In this document: in pieces, positions 12,482-26,000 of the stretch | Layout of the letters: each line of letters begins with the position of its first letter | Numbering within the stretch: the first letter of the stretch is position 1 | Assembly: GCF_003704095.1 (NCBI RefSeq) | Contig: NW_020846655.1 | Coordinates: 124,001-188,000, forward strand | Length of the DNA: 64,000 bases | Reading direction: 5' to 3' | DNA from: Pocillopora damicornis | Taxonomy: Eukaryota | The notes under the pieces: generated by a model | What the model was told of the DNA's origin: nothing | What the model saw: only the letters and a program-made list of their open reading frames with translations | Database searches by the model: none | Made by a program: the position numbers and the translations under genes

Positions 12482-15400
12482 TTAAACATCATTTGTCAGC
12501 AGTTCCAATGCATCTTTGATTTGGTTTGGTGTAACACGGCACAGGAAGCGATACATGATCTGTTGAAGTAAACACAAATGATCAGTATGAACTGGCCACT
12601 CTTCAGTTGCTACATATAAACAAAAATGTGATCAAATAACAAAAATGAGACATAAGACAAGATTTTTATAGAAAAAATATATAAGTAGCAAAATGGTTCC
12701 TTTTATGAACATGTGGCTACTTTTGAATTGAATGCTGACTGCTTCTGTCTATTTGCGATTAAGTAAATTTGGTTGTGGACTGACAAACGAACAACAAAAA
12801 AAACACAAGCAGGAACGTAATAAAAAACAACAGACACACAACAGTGACTGAACTATTGGATAAACTATGAGACATTTATGAAAGGACTCAGCCCTCAAGG
12901 GAATCAAGGACACAACTAGAGGAAATTCTACAGGGCACTATTTGCAAGTGTATTCTACAACTTGACTTACTCCTTCCTGAAAAGGTCAGATAGATACTAT
13001 TATTGTAGTTTGTCATTGTTTACACTTTTTGAGTCAACAAACTTCCACAGGATTTCTAGCAAGTTGTGCTCAACAACTGACCTTATCTTCAAGAGTCCAC
13101 GCTCTTTGGAATTCAGACCCAAGCATTTCCAATGAAATGCAGAAAAGCCACCTGAAGAAAGAGGAAAAAAGAGAAGATATGCTTTCATCTGTAAGAAAAC
13201 ATAACTTACTGCCACCTCACAAATCAACCCCAGGTTTTTGCTAAAAGATTGGTGGTAACTGAAAGTACCAAGGGCACATCAGAAATACATTTTCAAAAGG
13301 TAAATACTTAAAAAACAAAATTAGTCTCCACATATCCAGGGATTCCCTGTTCCCCAGCACAACTCTTAAAATGAGCAAGAACAAAATTGGAAAAAAAATA
13401 GAAAGAAATCCTGGCAGTATGTGTATTATGGAAAGTTAAGTGAATGGAAAAGAAGTGTGCAAACTCTTCACAAGGTGTTGGGTTATTTTCTTTATCACTT
13501 TCTATTGACTTCTGCTACAGATTACACCAAGGAATGATGGATTCTCTAACTAGTTGCCAAAACCATTTACACTCCTTGTCAAGGTGGTGTCACTATGTTC
13601 AAATAGTTAAATCCCTTGAGCATAAGAGAGTACTATGATTTAAGCCTGTGCCTAATCTTGGACTGGTTGATTTAGTTTGTCCCATACTGCCACCCTAGGG
13701 GCTTGTTTTTTTAAAGACAATCATGGCCAGAAAGTTTACTCTCCTTATCTAGTGACAGCAGTTGTTAATTAAGTGTTTTGAGACCAGTCAAACTGCTAAT
13801 ACTTCCTTCTTGAAAACAACTTTGCTGAACTTGCAAACAACATGTTGTGGATCTAAACAAATCTTTGTAAAAGGCCTGGCTCATTTATTTTCCAAACCAC
13901 CCCTATTCTGCACTGACTGATTCCTGAAACATGATATACTTTCCACTTAATTCTGGAGGATTACAAATACTCACCAATTGATGTTTTCAACCTGCACATC
14001 TTCCCCCTGGTGCCACTCAGCTGGGGCCCTTAACACTAGGATTAACATAGTGATTGCTGTTTCTGCTGTTATCCTCTCTGCAGGGTCCCTTTTAAGGAGC
14101 AGTGACACTACCTTTCTCACACCTGGTTGGACTCTGTTTGGGCCAAAAAAGTGTTAATGTACAGTGATAAAATATTGCACTATTGGAAACTTTTTGGCCA
14201 TCTCTTGCAATCATGACTGGCTGGTTATAATTTTAAAAATGGTTTGTGAGTTGGGTGGGGCTTATCCAGGTTTCTGTAACATGAAGCAATTCATATAGTT
14301 TTTCAACCCCCTAGATGGATGCCTGTCAGTGTTCCCAGACAGTCTGCTGGTACTTATCCTCACCTCTTGGAAGAAAAGATAGACTCTGAGAATAAAGTGT
14401 TCAAGAACACAACACAATAATATTGTCAGCGCTTAAGCCCATGACTGTTTTTGGTAAGAAAAAATTATTTTTCTGCAGAAAAGATGTATCTCACTTACTG
14501 GACAAGAACAGGAAGGTCATCATCTTTGTAATTCCTGCTGTCCAACCCATCCCATCCAAATGGATTGACATTGCCAAAAAACTCATATGCAATGGCTCCT
14601 GCTGCCCATGCTGAAGAACAAGGAAGGGACACAAAATACATATCTTGCACATCACAAATCTTTTTAGCAACAAGTGAATACAGTTTTTGCAATAAAGATT
14701 AACATGAATGCATTACAGCAGTCACAAAGTGGATCTTGCAAACTGCACACAGTTTTATTTCATAGAGAAAAGAACCTTTGACAAGAAAAGCACTAAAAGC
14801 TTACCATCAGATTTAGTGAAATCAAGGACAGAATCCTTCCCAGGAACAGCTAATGCAATCTGGGAAAAAAGTTAGAGTGACGTAATAATTAGAAAATTTA
14901 CAGGTATGGTAGTGTAATGAACTAAATTACAAGTCACTACAGCTGCTAAAAATACTGGAATTATGTTGTTTAATTCAATGTATATCACTCAGTACAGTGT
15001 ACTGTTCAGCTCCAAATACATCTGATTAAACACCTTGATCACTGCACTGTCATTGATCATTTACCTCTGGGGCCATCAGAGTGAAATTGCCTCCACGATC
15101 AATCTCTGCTGTTTGGAAAGGGAGTACAAGCTCCCTTGATCTGTCTGCTAGACAGCAACCAAAGTCTGCTATCACCAACTGGGGGAATGAACTGTTGGTG
15201 TCTTCACCCAGAAGCAAGTTGTCAGTTTTAAGGTCCCTGTGTGCCACTCCATGTCTTGTGAGATGCCTGATGCCTTCAAGGAGCTGCAGGAGAAGCAGTG
15301 AAGATACCTGCAGATTTGGCTTTGAATTTGATGCCAAATATTCTCTGACAGTTCTGTCATATCTGTCAAAAATAATGCACAATCAAAATCTTTACTTCAT

Positions 15401-18400
15401 TGGGTTTAAAAGATGGGGATGTTTATCACAGCAGACAAAACATTTAGAGTCTGATGTGGACATATTTTGTGAATACATGTAGTTTCAAACCTTGGCATGA
15501 CCAAAAACATAGTGCGATTCCTAGCCAGTCCACCACTACTGCAAGGTAATGCAGCTGGGTAGCTTGTGGAAGCATCTGGTAGGACAGGGGTGTCATCAGT
15601 AAAGTGATGCAGGATCGGTGAGATGTTTGGATGTGCTGAAAGCCTGGTGTAGGATAAACCTGTAAAATAAGATTTCTTTCTGTCACAGAGAGCACAGTAG
15701 GAGTTACAGGCAACCCAACCCACACATCTCTCCTTTTTGTACTTCACCACTACTGTTGTGCCATTTATTATTACACTCATTTTTAATAACTAGGAGCCCA
15801 GAACAGGCTTTTGTCTCAATGGGTTCTAATTAAGTCTGTTCTGATTGGCTTTTGGCATTACTTTATTCTGATGTTATCAAAGTCTGCTCCAAAAACTTGC
15901 TATACAATAACATGTACCTGCTTGGGAGGCATTGCACTCATTTTTGGCACTAAGAACCTGATACTCTTTTGAAAATTCCTGTTAAAAAGGGAAATATTCA
16001 TATTAATGATGCTTCATCAATTTAAGAATGGAAGTTGACAGATATGTGAGTACTATGAACCACCTTAGGAATGCAAAAAATAGACATGGGCAGCTGAAAA
16101 TATCCAGTTGTCAAAAGGATTTTCATGGCTGGAAAAGAATATAAATCTTCAAATAGTTTCTGCTTCTTCATATAAGTTTTCAGTGAAATAAGATATTGTT
16201 TTGTATGTTTAAACTTCAGTTATTTTCTTATAGAAGTATCAAGATCATAAACACTCCATTTCTAGGACTGATCATGTGTTTGTTAAAAACTTAGCTCCTC
16301 AGAGTATTTCTACTTTATATCTCAACCCTGTCAAGTAACCTACATTTCGTATAGGCTGAAATTTTGGCACAAAAGAGAGAGCCTAAATTTTAAACTTTTC
16401 AAGGGGAGCATGCCCCTGGACCCAACAAGAGGTGCATCTGCCATGTGGCAAACAGGGCCTTCTGCCCAAAGTAACAGCCTGTTAAGTGCACATCTCCATC
16501 TGTACAAAGTTTTACCTTCATCCCTGCACCTAATATGTTATATGCTTATAAAAGAAAAAGATAAAAACTCACTCTTTTTAAAGAGCTGCTCTGAGAACTT
16601 GTTCCAAAGTTAAATAACATCTTGATGGCATACTGTTTGATTAAGACAAAACATTTATTTATCAGAGTAATAATAATATTATTGTACAATAAATTACCTT
16701 TTCAAAATACCAGGAGTGTTTTAATGCATCAGAGTTAAGAAACTATGGAAAATGATGTCACCAGTAGATTCCTACAGTATAACATGCAGTTCCTGGTAAT
16801 GAATGTTGCCTACCATGCATAATGGGAGACTACTTGCTTAACATTTCTAAGTATTAGAAAAGTATAAGTTTCGTTTGGTTAATAGCAACCTTCTTGTAAA
16901 CCTGTGAGTAAACCTTCAATCTAGGGGGGGGGGGGGGGGGGGAAAGGGGAGGTTGAAAACATACACCTAGTCCCTTGTGCTTCTAAATTGATTGTCATAC
17001 TAACACAACAAATTTTATAAGACCCCAACCTCATGGCCCATGTATTCAGCTGAATAAACTGCAGAGTTTGAGGAACTTTGGCCAAGTCGTTCACCAACTT
17101 TGAAGTCCTTTAGTTTGAGCTGAGCAAGGGAAGGTTCCTCAAAATCTTTTTGAAGCTGCGAGAGGAAAAAAAAGGGTCATGGCACCAGGTATACTTTGAT
17201 ATCATTAAACCCTTGTGTACTTAGAAATGATTCTAAGTAAGACATTAAGACCTATACAAGCGAAAAGAACTATGGGACATGAAAGTGAACCAGCCATCTT
17301 GTTGTGAGAAGTGTGCTTTGATTCACAGTCAATCCTATGGTTTTGTTGTTCATCTGACTCCAAACAGCACAGTTACATTAAATCCTAACAGTCAGCAGTA
17401 ATTAGTCCTTTCACCACAGATGCTAATTAATATGACTACACTACTTAGCTATTATGACTATACAGTCTAAATGAACAAGATCACTTAACTGAAAGATAAT
17501 TTATTGTACCTCTGCAAACATGTTTTTAGTCAAAAGAGCTCTTTGGGCCATCTGATGTAGTTTTTTATATGGTTCTTTTCTTTGTCCATCTTCACCTATT
17601 GAAAATACAATATCCAAGGGTAATGTTGATACAAAGTTCAAAAAGACTAGCACATAAGAACTTATACGACATGTACCATTTGGTATCCACCACTTTCGCC
17701 CCCTATCGAGTTCGCCCCTACCTTATACCGTGTTCGCCCCCACACTTTTCGAGTTCGACCCCATCAAGTTGAGTTCGCCTCTTGATTGAGTGATATCCAG
17801 ATGAGTTGATTCATAAGTTGATGAGTAAATTCTTCAGTGTTAATTTCATAAAGAAAGCTAAACGGGTACAAGTCTAACAACTTAAGCAATGCTGTCGCGA
17901 TGAAAGCGTGGTTTGCGTCTTCTCAAGTCTGGTTGTTATGATCAACACATTTCGTGTTCGTTAGATAAACCGTGTGGTTCTCTTTATCACAAGTTCAGTG
18001 TATACAGTTATTTCTGGTAACCCCAGATCCCATGCGGAGTATTTAGTTGATTCCATCAACCCAGTTCCCAAGCAGGTTCCACGCAATTGCCAAAATTCAA
18101 AATGGTCGTTGCTGACGTGACATTTGGCACATTCTGCTAGTGCCTTCGTCACAAATCAACTCATCTGGATATCACTCAATCAAGGGGCGAACTCGACTTG
18201 ATGGGGTCGAACTCAAAAAGTGTGGGGGCGAACATGGCATAAGGTAAGGGCGAACTCGATAGGGGGCGAACGTGGTGCAATTCTACCATTTTATACCTGC
18301 AGAAACAAAAATGGTTGTTACTTTACCCAAGTAACTTACACATGGATGTGGAGGGATCATTATAAAAAAATTAAAAGTGTTTGGAATAAACATCCTTCTA

Positions 18401-19790
18401 AGGGTGAACTGTGATGTAAAGAGATCTGGCTCACATACTCAGCAAAACTTGAGGCTACCATTTACAAGTCTGTCATTGAGAAATCCTTTAGTGAGCAGAG
18501 TTGCAACAATTAAAAGAGTCATGTCCCAAAACTATTCAGCCTTGTCCTCCAAGGGATACTTTTTCCTCATTCTCTCACATTGCCTTGATAAAATTAGTAG
18601 GTTTTCTATAATTCACCTCCCCCCCCTTATTTTGCAAAGGTTTTGTTGTTAAAACAACTTACACATATGTGAGTAACTGTACATATATGTCAAGCTGTGA
18701 AATCTTCCTCTTAAGAAGTAAATTTCAGGTTATTAAAAACTAAAAGAAAAACCTACTTGAAATTGCAACTGCAAACCCAAGGAAGGCAAACATAGGGGAT
18801 TTGGGTCCACAACCTCTGAGCATGCGGGCAATTGCCATTCCTATATATATAACAAAAAAAAAAAATTCATTAATTATTCAGTTAGCAACCTCTTGCATAT
18901 GTCAAATTAAGTCAGTTAATTATGTGGTGATCAATAAGAAAATTTCACAACATCTTTACATTATGCTACAAACAAATGACGAGGTTAAAGAAACATAATG
19001 GTAAGTCATCTGGATGTAATGTGAAAATCTCCTAAATTATTTAAAAGGAAAAATATAGAGGCCTGAACCTAGAATTATAAATCCAATGTTGGAATTAGAC
19101 TAAAGGTTAATATAGAAATTTAGAGGAAGTATAAAGGATTAATGAAGATTAGTGGAATATTGGACATAATTCTTCCTGACTTGGACCTTGGTTAGAACAG
19201 ATCTTATCTGAACTTAATTAAATTAAAAGAAAGATGACATGAACATTAGATAGCAAGAATTGAAGAGAACGTTCTGTTCATAACAATGCATGTACGTATT
19301 ATTTTCACTACTAGCAGTGTGATTAACACTTGATCAACATTACGTATTAAAGATATGAACGTAAAGATCGCAAATATAAAAGGGCTTCAAACTTACGCCT
19401 TAGGGAGGCAGCTTGAGAGACTGATCCTACTCTGGAAGTAAAACCACTCCAAAGACCTCTTGCGAACACACCAACATTTTTCTTTGGAGCTCGTGGAATG
19501 AGTGCTGACTGGCCGTTAGCAACACTGCTAACTGCTGCGAATTCACCAGCACTGTTATAGCCTGATCTTGCTGCAACTTGTCCTAATCGTTTGAAAGCAT
19601 TATGTCACATCAACAAACTTACAGGAAAAACGAATAACGAAAAGGAAACGAAATATAATGAAACTGAAAGGGTCGGAAACAACGTCATAACAAACAAAAA
19701 ATTAACTAGTAGAAAGTAACGACAGAATGGTTTACCGATATTATGAATTTGCCTGAAAAGTGACCGGACCAAAACCCGAACAGCTGACAT
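12482..19790 (-). CDS. PINK1: Mitochondrial serine/threonine kinase PINK1, about 532 aa, 14 coding exons
   Basis: Minus-strand exons: 19790-19736, 19582-19397, 18840-18757, 17595-17510, 17155-17030, 16632-16573, 15978-15918, 15659-15491, 15362-15065, 14859-14805, 14610-14499, 14133-13975, 13151-13082, 12559-12482; all GT-AG and phase-compatible. Arg-rich presequence MSAVRVLVRSLFR, hydrophobic PMFAFLGFAVAIS, YAIKMLFN, HPNI, YPAALP, RNRTMFLVM, HRDLKTDNLL, IADFGCCLAD, GGNFTLMAPE, KSDAWAAGAIAYE, NPF: PINK1-characteristic motifs. Confidence 0.95.
14259..14420 (-). mobile_element. Decayed SINE-like fragment
   Basis: gcttatccaggtttctgtaacatgaagc...aaagtgttcaagaacacaacacaat resembles, from memory, the core of a common cnidarian tRNA-derived SINE in reverse orientation; not database-checked. 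Confidence 0.5.
16924..16942. repeat. Poly-G tract in a PINK1 intron
   Basis: 19 consecutive G on the + strand, followed by aaaggggagg. Confidence 0.9.
17682..18283. mobile_element. Non-autonomous foldback/MITE DNA transposon (about 600 bp) in PINK1 intron 3
   Basis: Near-perfect inverted arms of about 125-130 bp (17682-17811 vs 18154-18283) containing repeated GTTCGCCCC motifs; exact 8-bp flanking duplication TACCATTT at 17674-17681 and 18284-18291. Confidence 0.92.
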
Positions 19791-20003
19791 TGTAAACCAG
19801 TTTTTACGAGCGTTGCATCCTCCTGTGTATCGCGGAAACTACATTTTGAATCGAGACTCACAGGCCCAAATGATTTGTCAGCACATAGCAAGGTTCAGAC
19901 GATAACAAGAAGGCTTGGCTACTAATTTGTTTAGCGCGGTCCCCAAGCCATTACCCTCGTGCTGCAAATCAAAATTATGACAATTTGCTTGTGAAAACCA
20001 ACC
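19791..20003. promoter_or_regulatory. Putative bidirectional promoter plus both 5' UTRs shared by PINK1 and PRPF4
   Basis: Divergent ATGs at 19790 (-) and 20004 (+) are separated by 213 bp; the interval keeps CpGs while both gene bodies are CpG-poor. Confidence 0.75.
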
Positions 20004-23000
20004 ATGTCAGACGACGAAGATTTGGCCCCAGCGGTCAAAAAACAAAGGATTCACTTTGGAAGCCTTGAAACTGTAGAAAGAGAACGTCTGGTCACTGGAT
20101 CGTCCAACGATAATGATGATGATAGAAAAGATGATGACGATCAAGAAGCCGAGGGTGAGGACAACGAAGTGTCCGCGGCTGTCTTAGCTGGAATTCGAGC
20201 GGGAAATATAAATATTTCCGAAGGTAAGCTGGTAATTATTATTCTGCAGCTTGTAAATAAGTCTAGTGTCTTACTTTTTCGACGACATTACTGTATATAG
20301 CGTGGAGTTGTCGTGGTTTTAAAATCACCGTGTAATATGGGCAGACTTTGACTTTATCACAGATTCTTACAGTATTAATGTGTGGCACTGAATAAGCACA
20401 GCATCGTACATATCAATATCTGTCATTGCTTTTGCTGCTATGGTCTCAAGATCACAAATTCCTACAGTATCACTCTCTTGCATCAAGAGAAACTTGTGAC
20501 ACAAATTATGGCATGTTCATCGCAGTTTTAACAGAGAATCCTGCTTATAAATATTTGTCATTGCTTACATGTATTTATGATAAAAATATTGGGCACTGTT
20601 GGGGAACTAGACATGTTTCATACTGCTCAACACCTGGCTAGGATCACTTAGTTGTGTGGTTGTTCATGTGCAAGGTCCTTCACTCTAGTGCTGCTTCCTT
20701 ATCAATAACCGGTGACAAACTTGTCGACGCATTGACCTTTTCAACCCCTATTACTTCAATTTTATCTCTTTTGCTCTTGTTAGGTTAACCTATTTGCCCC
20801 CTCCCCCCCCCTCCCAAACAATGTTGTATTGGGATTCCATGAACTTTTTTTAGCTACAGGTAACATTGAATAGGAAGGGGTGGTCTTGTTAATGATCAAG
20901 AGTGTGGTAGACACAGGAGTGTTGTTATACACATAAACAGGACTGTTTAAACATGATATGTCAACTAATGTTGACACTTATTGTAGGAACATAAAAAGGT
21001 GGTGTCAGTTTTTTAGACAGATGCTTAAATACTTCAACTGGATTATTCCCTAGCACTACTGAAGCATCTTTAAGGATCATTGCATGTGTTCAAGTCATGC
21101 AAAGGTCTATAAACAGACTTCAGTGGCTTGGAAAGATTTAACACCAACAAACTTTAGTTACTGTACCTTTTGATTGATACTCTTCATTGTGAGGACAAGT
21201 CCAAGACTGATAGCTTTGAAAACAACTTTTAGATCAATATGAACATACTACAAATGAGATTTCTAGAATCACTGCAAATGACAATAAGATTCTGTGGTTT
21301 TCTGGAAAAAGTGTGGGACCCATGTTTTTCCAAGGTACATGTGTGAATGTATTTTGATGGAGAAGGAATTCTGTTTTATGAGAGCAGTCACCTTCCATAT
21401 ATCTGGCTTTGCTTTGATTTCCAAAGCCGACACCAGGCATAGCCTTGGTTTGTTGATGGGTCTCATCTTTGCTTCATGGTTTTTCTCTGTGTTCCCGATT
21501 TTCCCCTCTCTATGAAAACCAACAATCCAAATAACCATCTGACTACTCTGTGGATTTGCTGCTGCTAAAATTAAATTTTGTTTACTCATTTAAATTTTGT
21601 TATTCAGTTGGAATAACAATTTCTTTATAAACTAGTCACCATATACATTTAAAACTAGATTGTCTATCTTTGCCACAAAGTGTCACTACTTGGATGAGTA
21701 AGGGCACGATTATGGCCCTGTATTTCTTTCTCTTTTCCAACTCAGACAAGATTTTGAAAAGGTGGAATTAACAGCTGGAATTTTTATCTTTCATTATTGA
21801 TTATTTCTGCATTTAGTTTTAGATATTACTTATATTTTTTCCGCTTAATAAAACAGGAGAATACCTTGAGCTGTCAGAAGACCAGACCAGTGAGAGACAT
21901 CAGGAACTTTTGGCAGAATTTGAGAGAAGAAAAAAGGTAACACTGCAGATTACATTACATCTCAGAAGATTCATTTGAGACCATAGACTTGGTTTGTGTT
22001 AAGTTTTAGAAAACGTAATAGACTCAGTTTCTCTCTGGTGGCTAGAAGCACTTTTTTGTTAACTTGTTTAGAGTTAGAGTTCTTTATGATATGACATGGT
22101 AAAAAAGTTGTGATGGTGTTTTATTGTAGGCACGGGCAATAACTGTACCAACAGATGATGCTTCAGTTAAGGCAAGACTCCGAGAAATTGGAGAACCAAT
22201 AAGTAAGTTATTTTATCCCTTTTACCCCAAATAGTAATTAGCATCTATTTTTTTTCTTCATCCCTGAACCACACATTAAACTGACAAGAATAAAGGAAAT
22301 GATCACCAACAAAAGAAGATTGTTAAACGCATTCTCTTTGTCAGCACCGAAGGAAATGTATAGGAATTTTATGGAGAATATGCTTACTGATGTTACAGTT
22401 AGGTTGTAAAGGGTTAATATGGTGTGAATTCGGCATGCTTAAATAAGGATAAAACTTTAGGCCATCTTGTTGTTAATAATTTAATGTTTTTCCTTGCAGC
22501 TTTGTTTGGAGAAGGTCCTCCAGAGAGAAGAGACAGATTGAGAATCCTTTTGTCTGAACTTGGTAAGAATTAAGTAATTATTGTAAAATCTTGTTTATCT
22601 GAATGAAAGCATACTTGAATACATTGTGAACTGATGATTATCTGCATGCATGCTTAGATGCAATAAGGAGGATTTTGTTATGGTTTACATTGCAAAATGT
22701 TTTCTAAACAGGTGAAGATGTATCCTTTGGAAATAAGGAAGTTGCAGAGAAGTCAAAACAGGAACCAGTAAGTATGCCTTTATGGAAAGGATTTTAAATT
22801 AATTGAATTGTAACTTCTTTGTTGCGGATTAAGTGCATTTTTTTTGAACAAATACTTGGTGTTAAAATGGTTGCCAGGAATAAAATTTGGTCACCAAAAT
22901 AGACAAAAAATGTTGTCAAAGGACAGCTTGCCTGAGCTGTATTTCTTAATGGCTAAATCACACGGCTTGTTTTGGAGTAAGCAATATGGCTGGGAATGTT

Positions 23001-26000
23001 TTTGGAGATTCATGCAACATCTCAGAATTTAATACTTCAGAAACCTAAGTGAAAGAGGCCAGGTTTCATAGAAGAAGATGATGAAAACTGAATGAACTTT
23101 TAGAGTCTTAGGATATAAGCCATGTTATGGGTGTAATGAGAAATGTCTTCTGATTTCACATTACTTTTTTTTTTGTCAGGAAGTTCAGGAAGAAGTCTGG
23201 TATCATGAAGGAGATCCTGAACTCAAAATAGCTCGATTATGGATGGCTAAATACTCTTTACCTCGGTAAGTCACTGTCACTGACCCATTGCAATTTGATT
23301 AGAATACGTAAATCAGGAAAAAACTTTTGAAGACTTATTTAAATTTGGATAGACAGTCTTTTTTTGCAATATATAGGAACGATTTTTGGGCTGGTCAAGA
23401 TGACAAAGAAATTCATGCTGTTAACCAATTTTCATGATTTCATTCTATGGTCCTTCTCTTGGTTTTTTCTAAACAATAAAGTTTGGTACCACAGGGTTTA
23501 GTATCATGCCAAAAGACATGCAAATTTTCAATAACTTTTCAAGGTATGCACTGAGAAGTTGTTTGGTTGATGAATCATGGGTGGAAGTTTGAATGAGTCT
23601 GAACAGATAGCATACAATTTGACACTTGACCCCTATTATACATGGTGTTTTGATTGATTGAGGGTAGTAGACTTTCAAAATGAATGCCTGCAAAATTTTC
23701 CATTATCCCACATAATATCTTACTTGGTTTTCCTGACATCTTGCCAGCTCTAACATACACATTCAGATGCTCAGGACATAATATGTACTAATTGACTGAG
23801 TGGGAGTGCTGGATGGGAAAATATTTGGCTCGTGATTATGGCAAACAGACCAAATGTAGCAAGATCCATACTTCATGAATAGTAAAATATTTTCCCATCT
23901 AGCCTGACCTAACTTAGTCAATAAGTATTTTATCATGAGGCTACTGAATAGGTTTTGGAAAATTCAAGAAGTTTGTTGTCATTTAAATGGGATGGAATAG
24001 ACTGGTGTGCAAGGGAAAAACACATAAAAAGATTTTACAATAAAAACTATTCCTTTATTTTTTCAAGTCAGAACAAGAAAATCGCAATTCATTGAAAAAC
24101 GTGACTTGTTTTCTCAATTTTGTTACTCTTTTTTTTACATTAGAAGTAAACAAAGTGTCTTTCTCTCTCTTTTTTTTGTAACAAAGCTATGTAAGCGCAC
24201 AAGGACGGCTTTTTCTGAACCAACTCAAGTCAACCTGTCATGTGATTATACTAATTCAGGACACTGAGCGTTGACACTGACCTTGGAGTAAATTTGTTTA
24301 TCTTAAGATGGGGTTCATCTCACTAAACATAGGCCATTTTGTATTGACATGAATGTCATGATGTATTGTAGTTTAACATATAGGGTACCTTTATTTGTGT
24401 ACTTCTTATGTTTCATCATTCTTATGTAGTTGCTCTGTCTGTCTGTCAGTCTTTTGGTCTGTGTACACATTTCTCACCTTGTAGTTGTCAAAAATCTAAT
24501 TTACATAGATTTTTGGTTTACTGAAAATACGTCTTGGATTTGCAGGGCTTGTGAAAGATTAAAGCAAATGCGTATCAAGCAAGCTAGACCTGATCCAGAA
24601 AAGGCTGCCAAGACACAGGAGTTACATCGGAAGCTGCGGGTTTGTGTGCACAATATCTTGAAAGCAAGGAGGTGGTTAGTTTGGTTCTATTAAAAAAAGA
24701 AAACATTTTGTTTTGCAGGGTCTGAACAACTTTTGTAGTCAGATTGGTGATGATAGACCACTGTCTTACTGCCAGTTCTCCCCAGACTCATCCATGCTAG
24801 CCACTGCATCATGGTAGGTTTTGAGCAGACATACATGTAATCCTATTTATAGTGAAAGCTCCATACTACACATAACCTTTTATCGGAAGATTTCATTTGC
24901 TTTTTCATAACCATGGGAAGTATGAATCCCCAACAAGGTATTGAAAACCAGACCTTTTGATTTAATGGCCTGATGTTCTTCCACTGAGCTACAGAAAGTT
25001 CAGTGGTGGGTATGGCCTAAAACTAGATTTGTATGTGGCAAGTATCCTGCATGTTATAGCAGACTAACACTATTTTTATTGTCCCTTTTTTGGTTGTTAG
25101 GAGTGGCTTGTGTAAGCTGTGGTCAGTTCCTGACTGTGAACCAATAGCAGTTTTGCGAGGTACCACTTGTATGATAAATGTTGTTATGTGTTTTGGTTAC
25201 TTTCAAACTTTGAGTACCATAAATGGCCTTGAATCTGCAATTTCCAATAATTAATTGTTTTCTTTCCCATTTTCAAACACTGAAAGTTAACCTACAGTGC
25301 CATAGTTTTCTTTTCACATAAACTTTTATTTAAATAATTCTCTCCTAATACAATGTGGCTCAATTTTTGTCTATTTGGGCTGTGAATTGGGCAACAATTA
25401 ATCATGAATTTTTTGGTACTCTTGCTCTTTTTCTCTCCATTGTTGATATTTTTTGGAAATTCTCCTTACTACCAGCAATTTTTTTTCTAAAAAATTGTGA
25501 TGCTTTTGTTTATGCATGTTTGTAGGTCATAATGAGCGTGTTGGCTCCATTGTGTTCCATCCCCAAGCTACACTGTCATTGGATGAATCAGGACCTTGCA
25601 TGGCATCCTGTGATGCAGATGGTGTTGTGCTTTTGTGGTCACTGAACATGTATGGAATCACACAGTAGATGATACTATCTAATGATTTTCTTTATCATCA
25701 TCACTTGTCTTCCTGGCTCTGCAATCTAATTTGATGGTGTAGTCTGAGTGTTGGTAGTGAGAAGAACTGTTGTTGGTTGCAGTGACTGAGGTTTTGACAA
25801 CCTCATCAGAAGTCATCATCAGTGTGAATTCTAATCTTGCCAGAAGAAAAAGCCTTTAAGTCATTAGAGTGACAAGCAGTTAATTTCTCCCAACTGTATC
25901 ACTGCTGAATCAAACATTAAGGTCATGAGAATACAAGAAATTTATCCCCAACTAAAGGAGCTTTTGACCGTTAAACAAATTCTCCTTTTTAGCACCATAG

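Noticed and set aside
21269-21589. Overlapping short ORFs in PRPF4 intron 1
   Set aside because: No homology recognised, and PRPF4 exons 1 and 2 join in phase without them.
24915-25060. tRNA gene
   Set aside because: Only an A-box-like remnant with no cloverleaf; better explained as a SINE.
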